Positions 27,250 to 40,034 of a stretch of DNA of 64,000 bases are shown here, one piece after another. Each line of letters starts with the position of its first letter. The first letter of the stretch is position 1. Origin of the DNA: Camelus ferus (lineage: Eukaryota). Under the pieces are notes generated by a model that worked only from the letters and a program-made list of their open reading frames with translations, searched no databases and was not told where the DNA came from. A program made the translations under genes and the position numbers. Location: the NCBI RefSeq assembly GCF_009834535.1, contig NC_045696.1, forward strand, positions 31,312,001 through 31,376,000. Direction: 5' to 3'.

Positions 27250-28990
27250 CTTGTTTTAATAGAGGAAGCATCTCTTATCAAAAATCAGTATTGTCATCTA
27301 AGTTTTGGGTGTTATACCTCCCACCCTCTTAGGAATATTACACGACCAATTAGCTATTTTAATCAATTTTTCTTCTCAATATTATTCACCATTTAAACAT
27401 TATTTTCTCTCACATCTAAAAAAAATTCCTATACTCCACATCTCTCTCAGACTACCTTCTTTTTATAGATAATCTCTTTAAAAGCATCAGAGAATACCAT
27501 CATTCCACATCTCTGCATTTTCCACTCACTTACTCAATCTATCTTCTGTCTCCCTCCTTCCATCAAAAAAATAAAAATAGCTAAAGACATCAGTAGAAGC
27601 CATATTGCTAGACACAATGTACATTTACAATCATTAGGTCATTTTTATCTCCAAAACACTGATCAGATATAAATGTTCCTCTTTGTTAGAACTCTTTTCT
27701 CTTGTTTCCATGAAATTATTCTCTAATACTTTTTCCCTACATTCCCAACCATTCATTTTTGTCTTGTTTATTTTTGTTTGCTTATTGGTTTGTGTTTAAA
27801 TAATGTGATCCTTTAACTAGCGATTAAAAGTTGAGTTTTCTCAAGTCTAGACTGTAGACTGAATCAAAGGCTTTGATTCCTAGTCAATCTCCTCCCTACC
27901 CACAGAAATGTAAGAATTATATTCAAATAATTCCAAAGTTTATATTTTCAGTCGACATTTTCTGTTCTATTACCTGTGTATTTTTATTCGACTATTAGTT
28001 ATTTCAAACTGTGTATCTACCTGATCCCCTCAAACTCAAAATGTCCTAAACCATACTTATGACTTTCCCTCCCCTCCACTCCACAGCTGGTATTCTCCCA
28101 GTATCCCCAACATCAGTGAATTATATTACCATCCAACCATCCTAGTTGCACAAATTGGAAATCTGCGAGCTTTTTTTGCTGCTTATTTTTCCCTTGCTCC
28201 CAAATTCAGCCTTTCATCTGATTAATATTTGCTGTGTGTTTGCTCGTGGCCAGGTACTGATCTGTATTCTAGGGATACAGCAAGAAAAAAAAAAATTTGT
28301 GTCATCATGGAGTATTGTGAGAGTAGGGAAGTGGGAAAGGAAAGCAGTTAAGAAATAATGAAAGAGCAAATCCATCAGTCTATGATAGCTGCTATGTAGA
28401 AAAATAAAGCAGGTTATATTTGATAGTGAATAATGATTGGCTATTTTATTGGATAATAAAGGATGGTCATTCCTGAGAAGTTGACTTCTGAACAGCTTTT
28501 AAATCCTGCATGTTGAATTTCTCTCAAATCCTTTAATTATCTTCATCTCCACTGCTGTCATCCTTATCCAAAGTACGACATTCCTCTCTTGGGCTCCTGC
28601 ATTAGCCCACAGATTTCTTCTCATTTGCTTTGGATCTCTCTTATCTCAGACTTTAAATGGAAGTGAAAGTTATCTCTTTATAAAAAGAAAATACAAATCT
28701 AGGCAAGTTTCTGGGCTTTCACACACATTTATATCTGCCAGAAACACTTTTTGTATTTCTAACTCACATATTTAACTTCTAATTTTTCTTCATATTAAAA
28801 CTCACCTGACACTTTCTATACCCCTTTACAATCATTACAAATGTTGAAGATTTAAATTTGTTGATAATTTAAATATCCCTTGCCTTTTTTATTAGAACAC
28901 CCAGACGGAAAGCCACATTTCGATGAAATTTCCATCTCCTAAAGCAATAATTATCACATATTAGGCTTACAATGGATGTTTGTTGACAAA
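27250..28990 (+). mobile_element. L2 body, with an oppositely oriented L2 tail nested at ~28205-28495
   Basis: CTCAAACTCAAAATGTCCTAAACC and CAGTGAATTATATTACCATCCAACC L2 motifs. Nested TTAATATTTGCTGTGTGTTTGCTCGTGGCCAGGTACTG. Confidence 0.72.
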
Positions 28991-31499
28991 ATAAAATGGA
29001 ATTCATATTTTCAAGAGGAGACAGAATTTTTAAATTAAGGAACAAAGATCAAAAATGATACCCATCTGCAATCCCTGTCAAAAAGATTTCTTTTGATTTA
29101 CTATATTGCATTAACTATTTACACATCTTTTAATTCTGTAATATTTATTAAGAGCCTGGTGCATGTATGCTGTACACTATTTGCTAGGGAGACATGAAGA
29201 ACAAGGCCGACAAAGCCCACGCCTTTATGGAGCTCACATGCTACACTGGTGTGGGAAAAGTCATCCAGGACACATAATTAAAATACATATACATATACTT
29301 AAGTTATATATAAATAAATATATAATATATTTATACACTTATAAGTAGATAATTATGCATTATATATAAAGCTATATAATATAAAACACACATATTTGGG
29401 AAAATCAGTATATATTAATACATGGAAAAAAACAGAACCTCCTGTCTTTATAACAAAGAGAAATATATTGTCCTAGCTTAAAATATAAAAAGCGCTCACA
29501 TTAAAAGTTTCCATTGAGAAGGTATAACATGCAGAAAAGTATGTGGGGGATAGGAGGGAAACCAAACTGGGAGTATTCGAGTTACCAAGGATAAGATACA
29601 AAATTAGAACATGGGCAGTAAACCAAATGCAAGATGACTAATGTTCAAAAATTTGCAAATGACAGAATCCCCTCACTGCGACAGCTAAGTCTGTGTGTCT
29701 GGGCTTGTGCGTGGGTGGGTTCCCTTACGTTGTGTTCCCCCTCAGCACTGTAGTGACCTCTATAAAATCTTCTGATTATTTGGGACTCATTCCCTGCCCA
29801 TCTGTCAACACTCTTCTCCACAGAGAAGCTTACCTTTGTTCTCTGTGGTCAGTGGCTCACTGCTAACAGACCATAATTCAGATTCCTGATGGTGAACTCA
29901 TTTTTTGTTTGTTTTAAATTAGAAGACTACCACTAGAACAGAATTCTAGATTCCCGAACACCAGATTGGTGTCTTCTAGGACAACATTTACATTTGCCAG
30001 ACAGCATAGAAATTTTCTGCCTTTCTCTTTAACACAGATTACTAGAAACCTTATGGATAATCTATTTTGCTAAAAATTGTATTACTCCTTCTCAATAAAG
30101 TTTACTTGTTTCATTACATAGACTGAGTTCTGGTAGGTTAAATGAAAACTGTTTATTGCTGTGAAATTTCACCCCACAGATATACTTTCCCAGTATCTTA
30201 CTTTTCTGATAAATTATTTTAAGAAGAAGTGCTTCAACTTCTTTTCTGTCATTGTTTTTTGTCTGATATATTTAACTTTCTTGAATGCATCTGAAGTCAA
30301 GGAAACGGTATCATAGGAACAAGTAAAATCTGGAATTGCATTTATTGGTTCAGTGTAACATGAGTGAATCTAAACCTTTATTTTGTAAAATGCCATTTGG
30401 TTTTCAGTGGATTAATCCTGTCAAGCAAACTAACAACTATACCTCATATAGATGTGTTTACAATCATGGGAAAAGTATCCCAAAAAGGGCAAATGCTGTG
30501 GGCTCAGTGAAACCGAGTGAAAAGTTCCCAGATGAGGGAAATTCTAAAGAATATTTAAGATGAAAACAAGCAGAATTAAAGGTCAACATTACTACAACAA
30601 TGCTTACTAAATGAGAATTTTTGGATAGAGAAAAGTTTTCAAGTCTCAATTATTGTTGCACTTTCCAGAACAATTAAATACATTTTTTATAACATTAAGA
30701 GCAAGAGATATTAGTGTTTACTGAAACAGAAATGAGCTTTTAAAATATTTAATTTTTTCATTATAAGTTCAGTATTGTCCAAACAAAATATATTATTTTA
30801 ATATCCCTCACATGTTACTAATATACTCAAAGATAACAGGATCAAAGATCTGGAAAAGACATTGATAGGTCATGATAATATATTTACAAGACTGATTTTA
30901 ATCACACACATCTTTCATCAGACATTACATAACCACAGGTAAAAATAATGTAATTGCTTAATACAATTTTACTGCCTGAAATGTGGGTGGTGTTTATATG
31001 GTTTATAATGCAAAAGAATTATTAAAAGCCAACCAAAATTAAATCATAAACAAAAGATCAATGTATATTTCAGTTTGTGAAACAGAACTGGAACATGGGT
31101 GGAACAGGGCTTAAGACAGAGCAGGTTATGACTAATATGTATTAAGTTTTAATCATGTGCCACACACTGTTCTTCTGCAGTGCAGGTTATCTCTTTCACG
31201 ATTTAGTGAAGAAAACCTACTCATGAGAATTCAAAGAAGGAATAATGGGAGGACTGAAGAGATGGGCACAGAAACTTGCTCTGGGGCAGCAGCCTTTGGG
31301 GTCAGAAAGAATCTGGTGACGCTGAAGAAAGTCTCCTCTACCCAAGTACCTCTGTTCCACAAATGATTCCTACCTAGCTGCTACACACCAGGCTGGCTGC
31401 TAAGTGCTGAGATGTGTCGGTAAGAGGGACATGGTTCCTTCTATCATGAATCGTGTGGGAGGCAAACACAAAATAGACTGTTAAAACACTTTACAAATT

Positions 31500-32860
31500 G
31501 GGAAAGTGGTTAGAATAAACTACAGTTCTTGCAGTAAGGCAGCTTATATATGCTGATGGTCCCCTAAGGAAACAACTAAAATGACACATAGAAATAAACA
31601 AACCCAGATAAGCTTGTAAACACTGCCAAAGTGCACTGAAAGAAAGTCCCAAGTGAAGTGAGAACAAGAATCCTGTTTTTATTTAAAAAAAAAAAAAAAA
31701 AAAAAAAGGTGAGAGTTGAAGGTGGCTTTCACCCTGGGGTTGTTTGCTGTTCTCTAGGACCAAGGGCTTCTGAATTGACATTTGAACACAGGGAAGCAGA
31801 GACAAGGTAGAAAATCTAAAGAAACCTGTTATAAAATTTCACATTCAAAAGGAGTACGCCTTCAGGGTAACATTCAACAAGAAATACGCTGCACTGAGGT
31901 GGACACAGAATGAAGTTTGACTACTTCAACTTCGGCAGAATAAACAAAAATCTCTTGAAAATTCAAAATCCTAAAATGGCTCTAGCACTGATTTTTCATC
32001 CCAACATGATACCTGTGGTCTCTGTAAAACATCAAATATCAAAGAGGGAATTAAAATTTAAAGTGGCCCTAGTTAGTATTGGGCTCAGGTAGGAGACAGC
32101 AACAAATGCAAATCCTGTCTGGGAAAACTCAGGTCAAAGAATGCCTAAAAATGGTCACAGATTAAGCTGTGTTGAAAAAACTAAGCAGCTCACAGACCAA
32201 AAAAACACAAGTAATCAGGTCACTAGTAAGTGAGAACCAGCAATAAATAACAGACAGGGTCCAAAAATATTTTAAATATTGCTATTATGAGACATAAACT
32301 TAAAAATCAGACATAATACTTATTCATTGTGTTTAAAAAGTTCCAAGGGAAAAAAAAAAAGAAAAACTTGAATTTGTTCATAGGAAACATAAGTATGGAA
32401 AATTACTAGGAAGATTTTAAAAAATGAGTATTTTAGAAAGAGTAATTCATATTATAATAACAAAATGATAGCAGAGTAATTAAAGTAAAAAAAAATTCAA
32501 TGGCTAGGTTTAAAGATTAGAAAGATTGGAAGACATTTTCCAGGGCACAGCCTAGTAAGGCAAGAGATATTAGATCTGAAAAGTAGGTTAAGAGACAGGT
32601 AGGATACTATGCCAAGATCCCATACAGTCTCTTCATGACTGCCGCAGGAGACACAGGACAGCCCAGAGGAAAAGATAATTGCGAGAATACTGCAGACTGA
32701 CAAAAGACAAGCAAGCAGCGAAAGATTCAGGGAAAACAACAAATCCCAATCAGCTTAAATTAAAATAGAAATCATCACCTATCATGGAAAATCACCAGAT
32801 CTTAACATTAGCCCAAGATAAGAGAGAGATCACATTCCAAGGTAAAAACTTTAGATTTGG
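31500..32860 (+). mobile_element. Old L1 5'/ORF1 remnant
   Basis: AAATTCAATGGCTAGGTTTAAAG and GAAAAGATAATTGCGAGAATACTGCAG...AGATTCAGGGAAAACAACAAATCCCAA, ORF1-like motifs. Confidence 0.6.
31685..31707. repeat. poly(A) tract
   Basis: About 23 consecutive A. Confidence 0.95.
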
Positions 32861-32924
32861 GGTAAAAAAGGTTCTTAATCACAATAAGCAATGCAAAATT
32901 ACAGAGGAAAACCCTGTCAACAGG

Positions 32925-34340
32925 CTGTTAGCTAGGACAGACTAGGCTATGTTGTCATGATTTAAAGAAAACAAGGTTAACTGCACTCCTATCCTCCCAC
33001 TAAGCTGTGACATAAAACGACCCAATAGGAAAAATAAATACTCCCATTCAGAAAGGGGAAGAATGGAAGACATGCAAAACCACAGGTAAAGATCTATCCT
33101 GGAATCTCCTCGAGCAGTCATGGTCCTCCTAACATGACTTATTACTAGGTCCTGTTTTTACTATTTAGGAAGTAATTCCTTGCACACATTTTCCCATGAT
33201 CTCTGGCTCAACTTCTAGAGCAGAAGTCACCAAACTGCAGCTTTAGGGTCAAATCCAGCCTTGGCCAAATTTATTTTTAAATATAGCTTTACTGGAACAC
33301 AGCCAGAATCACTGATATAAATATTCTTTATGGCTGCTTTTGTGTCAGAATTAAGTAGCTGCAACAGAAACCGTATGGTCTACAAAGTCTAAAACAGTCA
33401 TATCAGGCCCTTTACAAAAGAAGTTTACTCATCTCTGCTCTAAGAGAATTCTACTGTCCTTTGCTTTAGCTAAACTGAGTATTGGGTAATATTCCTTCTT
33501 CCTTGGAAGCTACATGGTCTTCTCAGCCCACTTTCTTGCTTATTGAAGGGGCGCCAAAAATTATTTGAAAACTTAAACAGTCACAGGAGTTTTCATTCTT
33601 GACTCAATGGATCTTTAACAGAACAACTAATTTTTTTTTTTCAAGAGAGAATTTCCTCATCTAGTAAAGAAGTAGTTCACAGGGAATCTAACAACTAGAA
33701 AATCAAGAAACAACGAGAAAAGTAAGATACTGCAGCGCTAAACCACTACTTCAAAGAAACATGACTTTGGAAACAATAGCTTATAAGGATTAACAATTCT
33801 TGCCCATAGGCAACTTGTACAATTGAAGGGATTTACTGGATCCCTTCCTCTCAAAAGAATTTTCAACTTTATTTTATGCACCAGTTGATTCTTCCATACC
33901 TGGAAAGGCTCCAAATTTATGGAACCTCAATATTCCTTCTCCTTTCTATATGCAAAAAACTGTTTACTCTTTACCAAGCTCCTCACTTTCCTGTAATAAT
34001 TGCCAAAAGCAGTAAACAAAATGCACACATTCACTATTCATATTCTATCATTCAAACTCTTTCCCTATCATCCTCTTATGGGTAAATATTTACTAAATAT
34101 TTTGCCACCACAAAGAGAAATCAGGATCTTTCTGGACTTGGTGTAAGTTTTGTCACTGTCCGTTGCCCAAATGTTTTTCAGGTTTTCTTACAATACAGTG
34201 ATATGATGCTCCTAATTCCTTATCCAGAGTCACAGTAATATGGCCCTGCACAAATATAAGGGAAGCTGAGTAGTAAAGGCTTTTATATGCCTCAAGGAAA
34301 AAAAAAAAACTTGGTGCGAATCAACAATATTTACCACCAC
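32925..34340 (-). mobile_element. MaLR internal/LTR remnant inserted in the old L1
   Basis: AAATACTCCCATTCAGAAAGGGGAAGAATGG resembles antisense MaLR-int. MLT-like end at ~34230-34340. Confidence 0.55.
33221..33437. mobile_element. MER58A-type hAT-Charlie MITE
   Basis: CAGAAGTCACCAAACT...TTTACTGGAACACAGCCA...GGCCCTTTACAAAAGAAGTTTACTCATCTCTG, flanked by TTCTAGAG / CTCTAAGA (Charlie nTCTAGAn target). Confidence 0.85.
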
Positions 34341-35597
34341 TTAAAATGCTACATTCAAAGGCAAAAATAATATGCTACAAAGAAGATTTTGAAAGATACT
34401 TCCAGGAAATTTTTTTTAAATGAAATGGAGAGAGTTTAAAGATCAGTAATGGAAATTCTAAAGAGTATATACTTCAAGCAAAAAGAATATAACTTCAGGA
34501 TGAATATCTGAGATGTTTAATTTTAACTAAATGAAGACCAAGGAAAGTGGAAAAAATATGAGTAAATCTAAACATATTTAGAGTATAAATCAATGATAAT
34601 AATTTCGTATGAAGCTAAAATGACAGTAGCAACAAGACAAATTATGCCAAATAACTACAGTAATGTATAAGTCAGAAAGTCATTAAAGGAGTTAATATTT
34701 TGTAAGATGTATTATCTTATAGGAGTATAACTAGATTCAGTAAATTTACACTTTGAAATGTTAGGTTTGCATGTAGTAATTTCTATGTTAACAGATGGCA
34801 TACAAAAGCAAGAATCTACTAAATGCTATTCAAAAGGGGCATACTTAATTACAAACTTAAAGAGGCTGAAAGTGAAAGGATGGAAAACGATACACTATAC
34901 AAACAGTAGACATAAGAAAGCCAGAGTTTCTATGTTAATATCAGAAAAGAAAGTCTCCAAAATAATGATAAAAAGGGGAAATACATGAAGGAGATGAAAC
35001 AGGGAAAAAATACATATACATATAGATATAATATATACACATAAGTCTATATGATAAATGTTTATATAAATGTGTCTATATATATGTGTGTATATAATAG
35101 GACTTTCAAATATGTGAATATTAACAGAACTAAAGGGAAAAATAGAGAAACACACAATCACAGTTGGAGGCTTTAATGCACCTCTGTTGTAATATAAAAT
35201 CTGAAGTAGTAACAAGTTCCTTAACTTAAGTGATATTTATGAAACACTACCTCTAAAAACCACAGAATACATATTCCCTTCATATATATACGGATTGTTC
35301 ACAAATATAAATCTATGATCGGTCCAAAACAAGTGTTAAAACATTTAAAAAGGAAATCTTATGTAATTAGTTCCCTGAATGAAAAGAACTATAATTGTTT
35401 ATCAGCAAAAAGGAAGTAGCTAGAAAGCTTCAGATATCTGGAAATAAAACTACACACCTACAAAAATATATTAGTCAAAGAAAAAAATGAAAATAGAAGT
35501 TAGAAAATATTCTGTACTAAACTATTATGAAAACAAAACATATCAAGAGTTATATAATACAGCTTCAGCAGTGCCTTGAGGGAAGCTGTTGCTTTAT
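34340..35597 (+). mobile_element. Old L1 ORF1 end and ORF2 endonuclease remnant
   Basis: ORF 34758-34988 contains RLKVKGWKTIHYTNSRHKKARVSMLISEK (L1 EN RLKVKGWKKIYHAN..KKAGVAILISDK). ITVGGFNAPL lies near 35157. Confidence 0.88.
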
Positions 35598-35708
35598 TTT
35601 TTTTATCTTTTATTGACTTCTAGCTGATTTACAATGCTATATTAGTTTCAGGAATATAACACAGTGATTCAATATTTTTACAGGTTATAATCCATTTAAA
35701 GTTTTTAA
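35598..35708 (-). mobile_element. Short L1 3' stub with extra 5' sequence (see findings)
   Basis: TTTTTTATCTTTTATTGACTTCTAGCTGATTTACAATGCTATATTAGTTTCAGG...CAGTGATTCAATATTTTTACAG antisense L1 tail. Confidence 0.85.
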
Positions 35709-36060
35709 ACATTTCCTTAAAGTACCATAGATCTCTCTTTTGCTTGTTCCACCCCCTTCATTCTCTCTATCCCCTGTTATATTAGAAAAAAGTAGTTACA
35801 AAAAGTTACATTTACAAGTTATAGTATATTCAACTTATATAAATTTCAAAAGCAGGTGGAATGAAACAATATACAAGTTAGGGACAAACAGAGATGGTTA
35901 AACTTTAAGAAAGAATGGAAAGCTTATGAAAATGGGGATAATAATAATAATAGTAATAAAAAACCACAAATTGTTTATTATAAGCCAGGAGTTTTCTAAG
36001 GGCTTTTTAATGTTATAGTTTAACTGTCACATCAATTCTATGAGATAGGCTCTAACATAT

Positions 36061-36097
36061 TTAAATATATGATTAAATATATGATTAAATATAATGA
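36061..36097. repeat. 12-bp tandem repeat x3 (TTAAATATATGA)
   Basis: TTAAATATATGA TTAAATATATGA TTAAATATAATGA. Confidence 0.9.
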
Positions 36098-36419
36098 TTG
36101 TCCATAGTTACTATTATTATCCACATTTTACTTATTATTGCATTATTATCCACATATATTACTCAAGGTTTGGATAAACAAATGGAAACTGGAGCAGCCT
36201 CACGCAGACTGCTTATTCAGCTCCCATAATTGCATAAATTTAAATTTCTATAACAAAGCTCTTATTTTATATACAAATAAATAATATATAAATATATAAC
36301 AAGGACATTAATATGTAAATATAATTTATATACTCTATATAAATGATATAAAGTTAAAAGAAAATTATTTTATATAAATATTTTATATCAAAATGAGGAA
36401 GAAATAGATATAGCCAATG

Positions 36420-36780
36420 GTTGCAACTAGTATTTATAACTACTTTCTTCTCCTACTCACTCTGCATTCCCTTTATCCTCAGAGAGCATCTTAGGTTGTT
36501 TGGTTCCTTATAGCTTAGATTAACCCAAAACTTCATCCCTGAACTATGTGGGTCACTATCAGATGTGCTCATATTGGGCTGTTGTAATTTTATGGTATAA
36601 ATCACAGGGCAGGGCAGTACTAAGAGATGCCTCAGGGTATTTCTGCACTCAAGAGACATTCCTTCTCACTCTCATTGTGTAAAAGCAATCTAATTTTCTC
36701 TTAATCATCAAAATAATTCATCCCAGCAAATACAGCAACCCACTTCTTTAGCTGTTGATTCACTGGAGTAAGGAGACAGC
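36420..36780 (-). mobile_element. ERV-L internal fragment (dUTPase/pol C-terminus)
   Basis: ORF 36453-36659 has LRHLLVLPCPVIYTIKLQQPN...DPHSSGMKFWVN...KEP, matching ERV-L LGRLLVLPCPVIKVNGKLQQPN...DPSGMKVWV. Confidence 0.88.
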
Positions 36781-37424
36781 CAGTGAAATTGTGAATAACC
36801 TCTGGCAAGAGAAAAATGTAGTTAATGAAGTTATCTGGTCAGTGTTTCCTAAGTTTGCCTTGGACTAGCGAGACTTATGAGTGCAGTCAGGTGGAACCTC
36901 AGCAGGGTCAGGGATCAAATGGAAATCACAGCCAGATATAAGGGGAATAAATTAAAGCTGAAGTGAGATTGAGCCATCAAGGAGTACCTAAAGTTATGAC
37001 CAAACTGAAAGAGTTTAGCCCCCTTGTTTATTAGCTGCAGATTTGATTTCCCAGAACAGTGATCAGGTGGCCAAAGGAAATCCTCACTTCAGAATCCCTC
37101 CAGGGCCCAAGAACCAGCACAAAGTCTCACACAGATGCAAAATCCTGTGCTCTGTGTCAAGAGGATACAATGAGCACTTTCCATGTGGCAAAGAAACAGA
37201 TGTAAACATTAATATTCAGGAAGACTGATCAGCTGCCTTAAAGTAACTATTGTAAACTGATCAAAAATGATACACCTCAGAAACAACTGAGATATTGTTA
37301 GCAGGCAAGATTAAGTTACTCTGCTATCCAACAAGGGATCTACATTTCTTTGATTACTGGAATCTTACGTTATCAAACTGCCACACTATCAAAATTAGTT
37401 AACTGTCCTACATGGCCACATAGC

Positions 37425-37600
37425 ATATTATATTGCTTATTTATATTATATTGCTTGTTTACTTCTCTGTATGCCCCCTAGACTGTTAGTTCCTTGATGA
37501 CAGTGGTTGTTTCTGTTTTATTTATTGTCCACTGTATCCTCATCAGCTAAAATAATGTCTGTAGCATGTCAGTAAATATTTTTAGACTAAATAAATGAAC
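37425..37600 (+). mobile_element. L2 3' end
   Basis: CCCCTAGACTGTTAGTTCCTTGATGACAG...CACTGTATCCTC...CAGTAAATATTTTTAGACTAAATAAATGAA. Confidence 0.8.
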
Positions 37601-38099
37601 AATTCCACAGGGACAGGAGAATAGACCGGGAGAATAGGAAGGCATTGGACTCCTAAAGTATAAAGAGAAAAAAATACGCCTTACAGAAGGTCAAGGGAAG
37701 ATAAGAAACTGCAAACAGAGAGTAATTTTGCTTAAACTGACTCTCTTCACCTTAATCTGGTGCCAGGAAGTATTTTTTCCATCATTGCAAAAAGAAGTAC
37801 AGCTGCTTTATGATTTATGTAAGTATATGTAAGTAAGTTTTGAATGTATTGTTAATGCTTGTTTAATATGACTGAAATCATTTAAATCAACTCTTACCTG
37901 AGAGGTTTCTATGACATAAATATCACTCAGTTCCCAGTGTTCCTTTAAGAAGGTAAAGTCAATTGGATACATTTTGTTTGAATATTCTTTTTATTTGATT
38001 TCACAATGGAATCACTACAATATCCATAAACAGTAATCTTAAATATCTAAAAGACCTAATTTTCTTAAAATTTTATTTAAGATATAATCTAAATTCCTT

Positions 38100-38530
38100 A
38101 CGCTGTAACTTTTTTCAGCTTTTCTAGACATATTCAGAAGAATTAGAAAATTCAGTATAGCATTGTCTGTATAATTGTCTGTCATATTCTTAAGAGATAA
38201 TTCTAACTTATCTCTTGGTTTCCTAGGCTTCAGGCTAAATAATTACAGTCCCTTTAACCTTCTTTTAGAGGTCATATTCTTAATCCTTTAATCATTTAGG
38301 AACTCTCTTTTAATCCTCTGTAAATTCCCTTTTAAGTTGCAGAGGCAAAACTAAATGTGGTATCCATGAAAGGCTTTAAGCACGCTGGGATGCTGAGTAT
38401 AATGGGAGATTTATCTCTTGGTATCAACACATTCTTCTTCTCACCATGAATTCCAGGATTGCACTGTTTTTATAACTAAGGAATGACACTGTGCACTCAT
38501 GTTCATCTTGTTAGTTCATCTTGTTACCCA
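38100..38530 (-). mobile_element. CR1/L3 LINE fragment
   Basis: Minus strand reads NMSAQC near 38500 and KRRLKGL*LFSLK near 38265-38228 (CR1 LNMSQQC and YEERLKELGLFSLE). Confidence 0.8.
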
Positions 38531-39029
38531 CTGCTAATGAATAGCTCCCACTGGGATTATGAACTAGAAAACCAACGATGTCACTTCATAGGATCAAATG
38601 TGAATTACACATTCACAATAAAAGAATAATCATGCAAATCCAGTGACCTTCCTCAATAATGAAATGACTATCAATTATAACTTACCCTGGACATATTATC
38701 CACCAGTGTGGGAGTCTGAGATTCATGTTATCTTCTATCACTATAATAAAAGATCCGGGCAGCCAATGTAGAGCAGAAAGAGATGGGTGGATTAATTTTA
38801 AATTAAGCAGTATGGTTCTAACATGTGCCTGAAAGTGATTCTGTGTTACTCAAACACTAAAACTAAAAAGCACATTTTTAATAACAGTATTTTTTTTACC
38901 ACTAAAAGAACTGTTTATGCAACTTTCTAATGACTTACCCCAAAAGCTTCCTACACTGTCATCCCTAAATGCCAGTCAGGGCAGAATCAAGAGGCTGCAT
39001 AAAAGCTACCCGAAAAGATTTTTGTTTGT

Positions 39030-39495
39030 TTGTTTTTAAGTTTTATTACTTGAAATAATCATAGACTCACAAGAAGTTTTAAAGAAATATATAGGGAGGG
39101 GTCATGAACCCTTTACCCAGTCTCCCCCCAATATTAATACCTTGCATCACTTCAGTATCATCAAAACAAGGAAACTGAGATTGGTACAATCCAGAAAGCT
39201 TAATCCAATTTCACCTGTTATACATACTGTGCCTTACTTTGTGCGTGTGTGTATGTGTGTGTATGACCCTGTCTTGCAATTTTTTCATACATAAAGCATC
39301 ATGTAACCCTTAGCACAATCAAGATACTAACTGTACCATGACAAGACTCACTCATGCTACTCCTTTATAGCCATATTTTCTTCCTCTACTGTCTAGCTTT
39401 AAACCTTAGGAATTACTAATCTATCCTCCATATCTTAAATTACGCTATTTCATAACTGTTTTGTAAATAGAATCATGCAATATGCATACTTTTAA
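39030..39495 (-). mobile_element. Old L1M 3' end
   Basis: TTGAAATAATCATAGACTCACAAGAAGTT...CCTTTACCCAGTCTCCCCCAAT...CAATCAAGATAC. Confidence 0.8.
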
Positions 39496-40034
39496 AAACT
39501 AAAGAGCTTTTAAAAAATAGAATTCCAGTGCCTCAAAATCAAGACATATTGATTCAGTAGATCTGAAATTAAAGCATGGACTTCATTCACATTTTCAAAA
39601 GTTGTTAAAGACCTTCAGCAGTTCACTTAGTATAGATACCTCCAGGATTACCGGCAAATGACACAATCAAGGGTCTAATAAGTAAGACTAATTCATAATA
39701 TATTGGAGAGCTATATAATATTAGGAATCCACAGAATCTGTTGCAGATATCATTTCACATACTGCTGGGAAAATTCCCAAATATTGGGGTTTTACATGCA
39801 ATATAATAAAAGCATAGTTTAATTTATAATTCACTCTACTGACTTATATGAAAAAATAACTAGGAAATTTCACCCGAATCATTCAAAATTATTTGTTGGG
39901 GACTACTAATGCACAGTACTGAAATTCAGTTCTGACTCATCTTTGAAAGTAATGGAGAAGCTATAAAACACAATTCTTAAAACCTATAATACAACATAGA
40001 GATATATAACTATTAACATATATCTATAGGTAAA

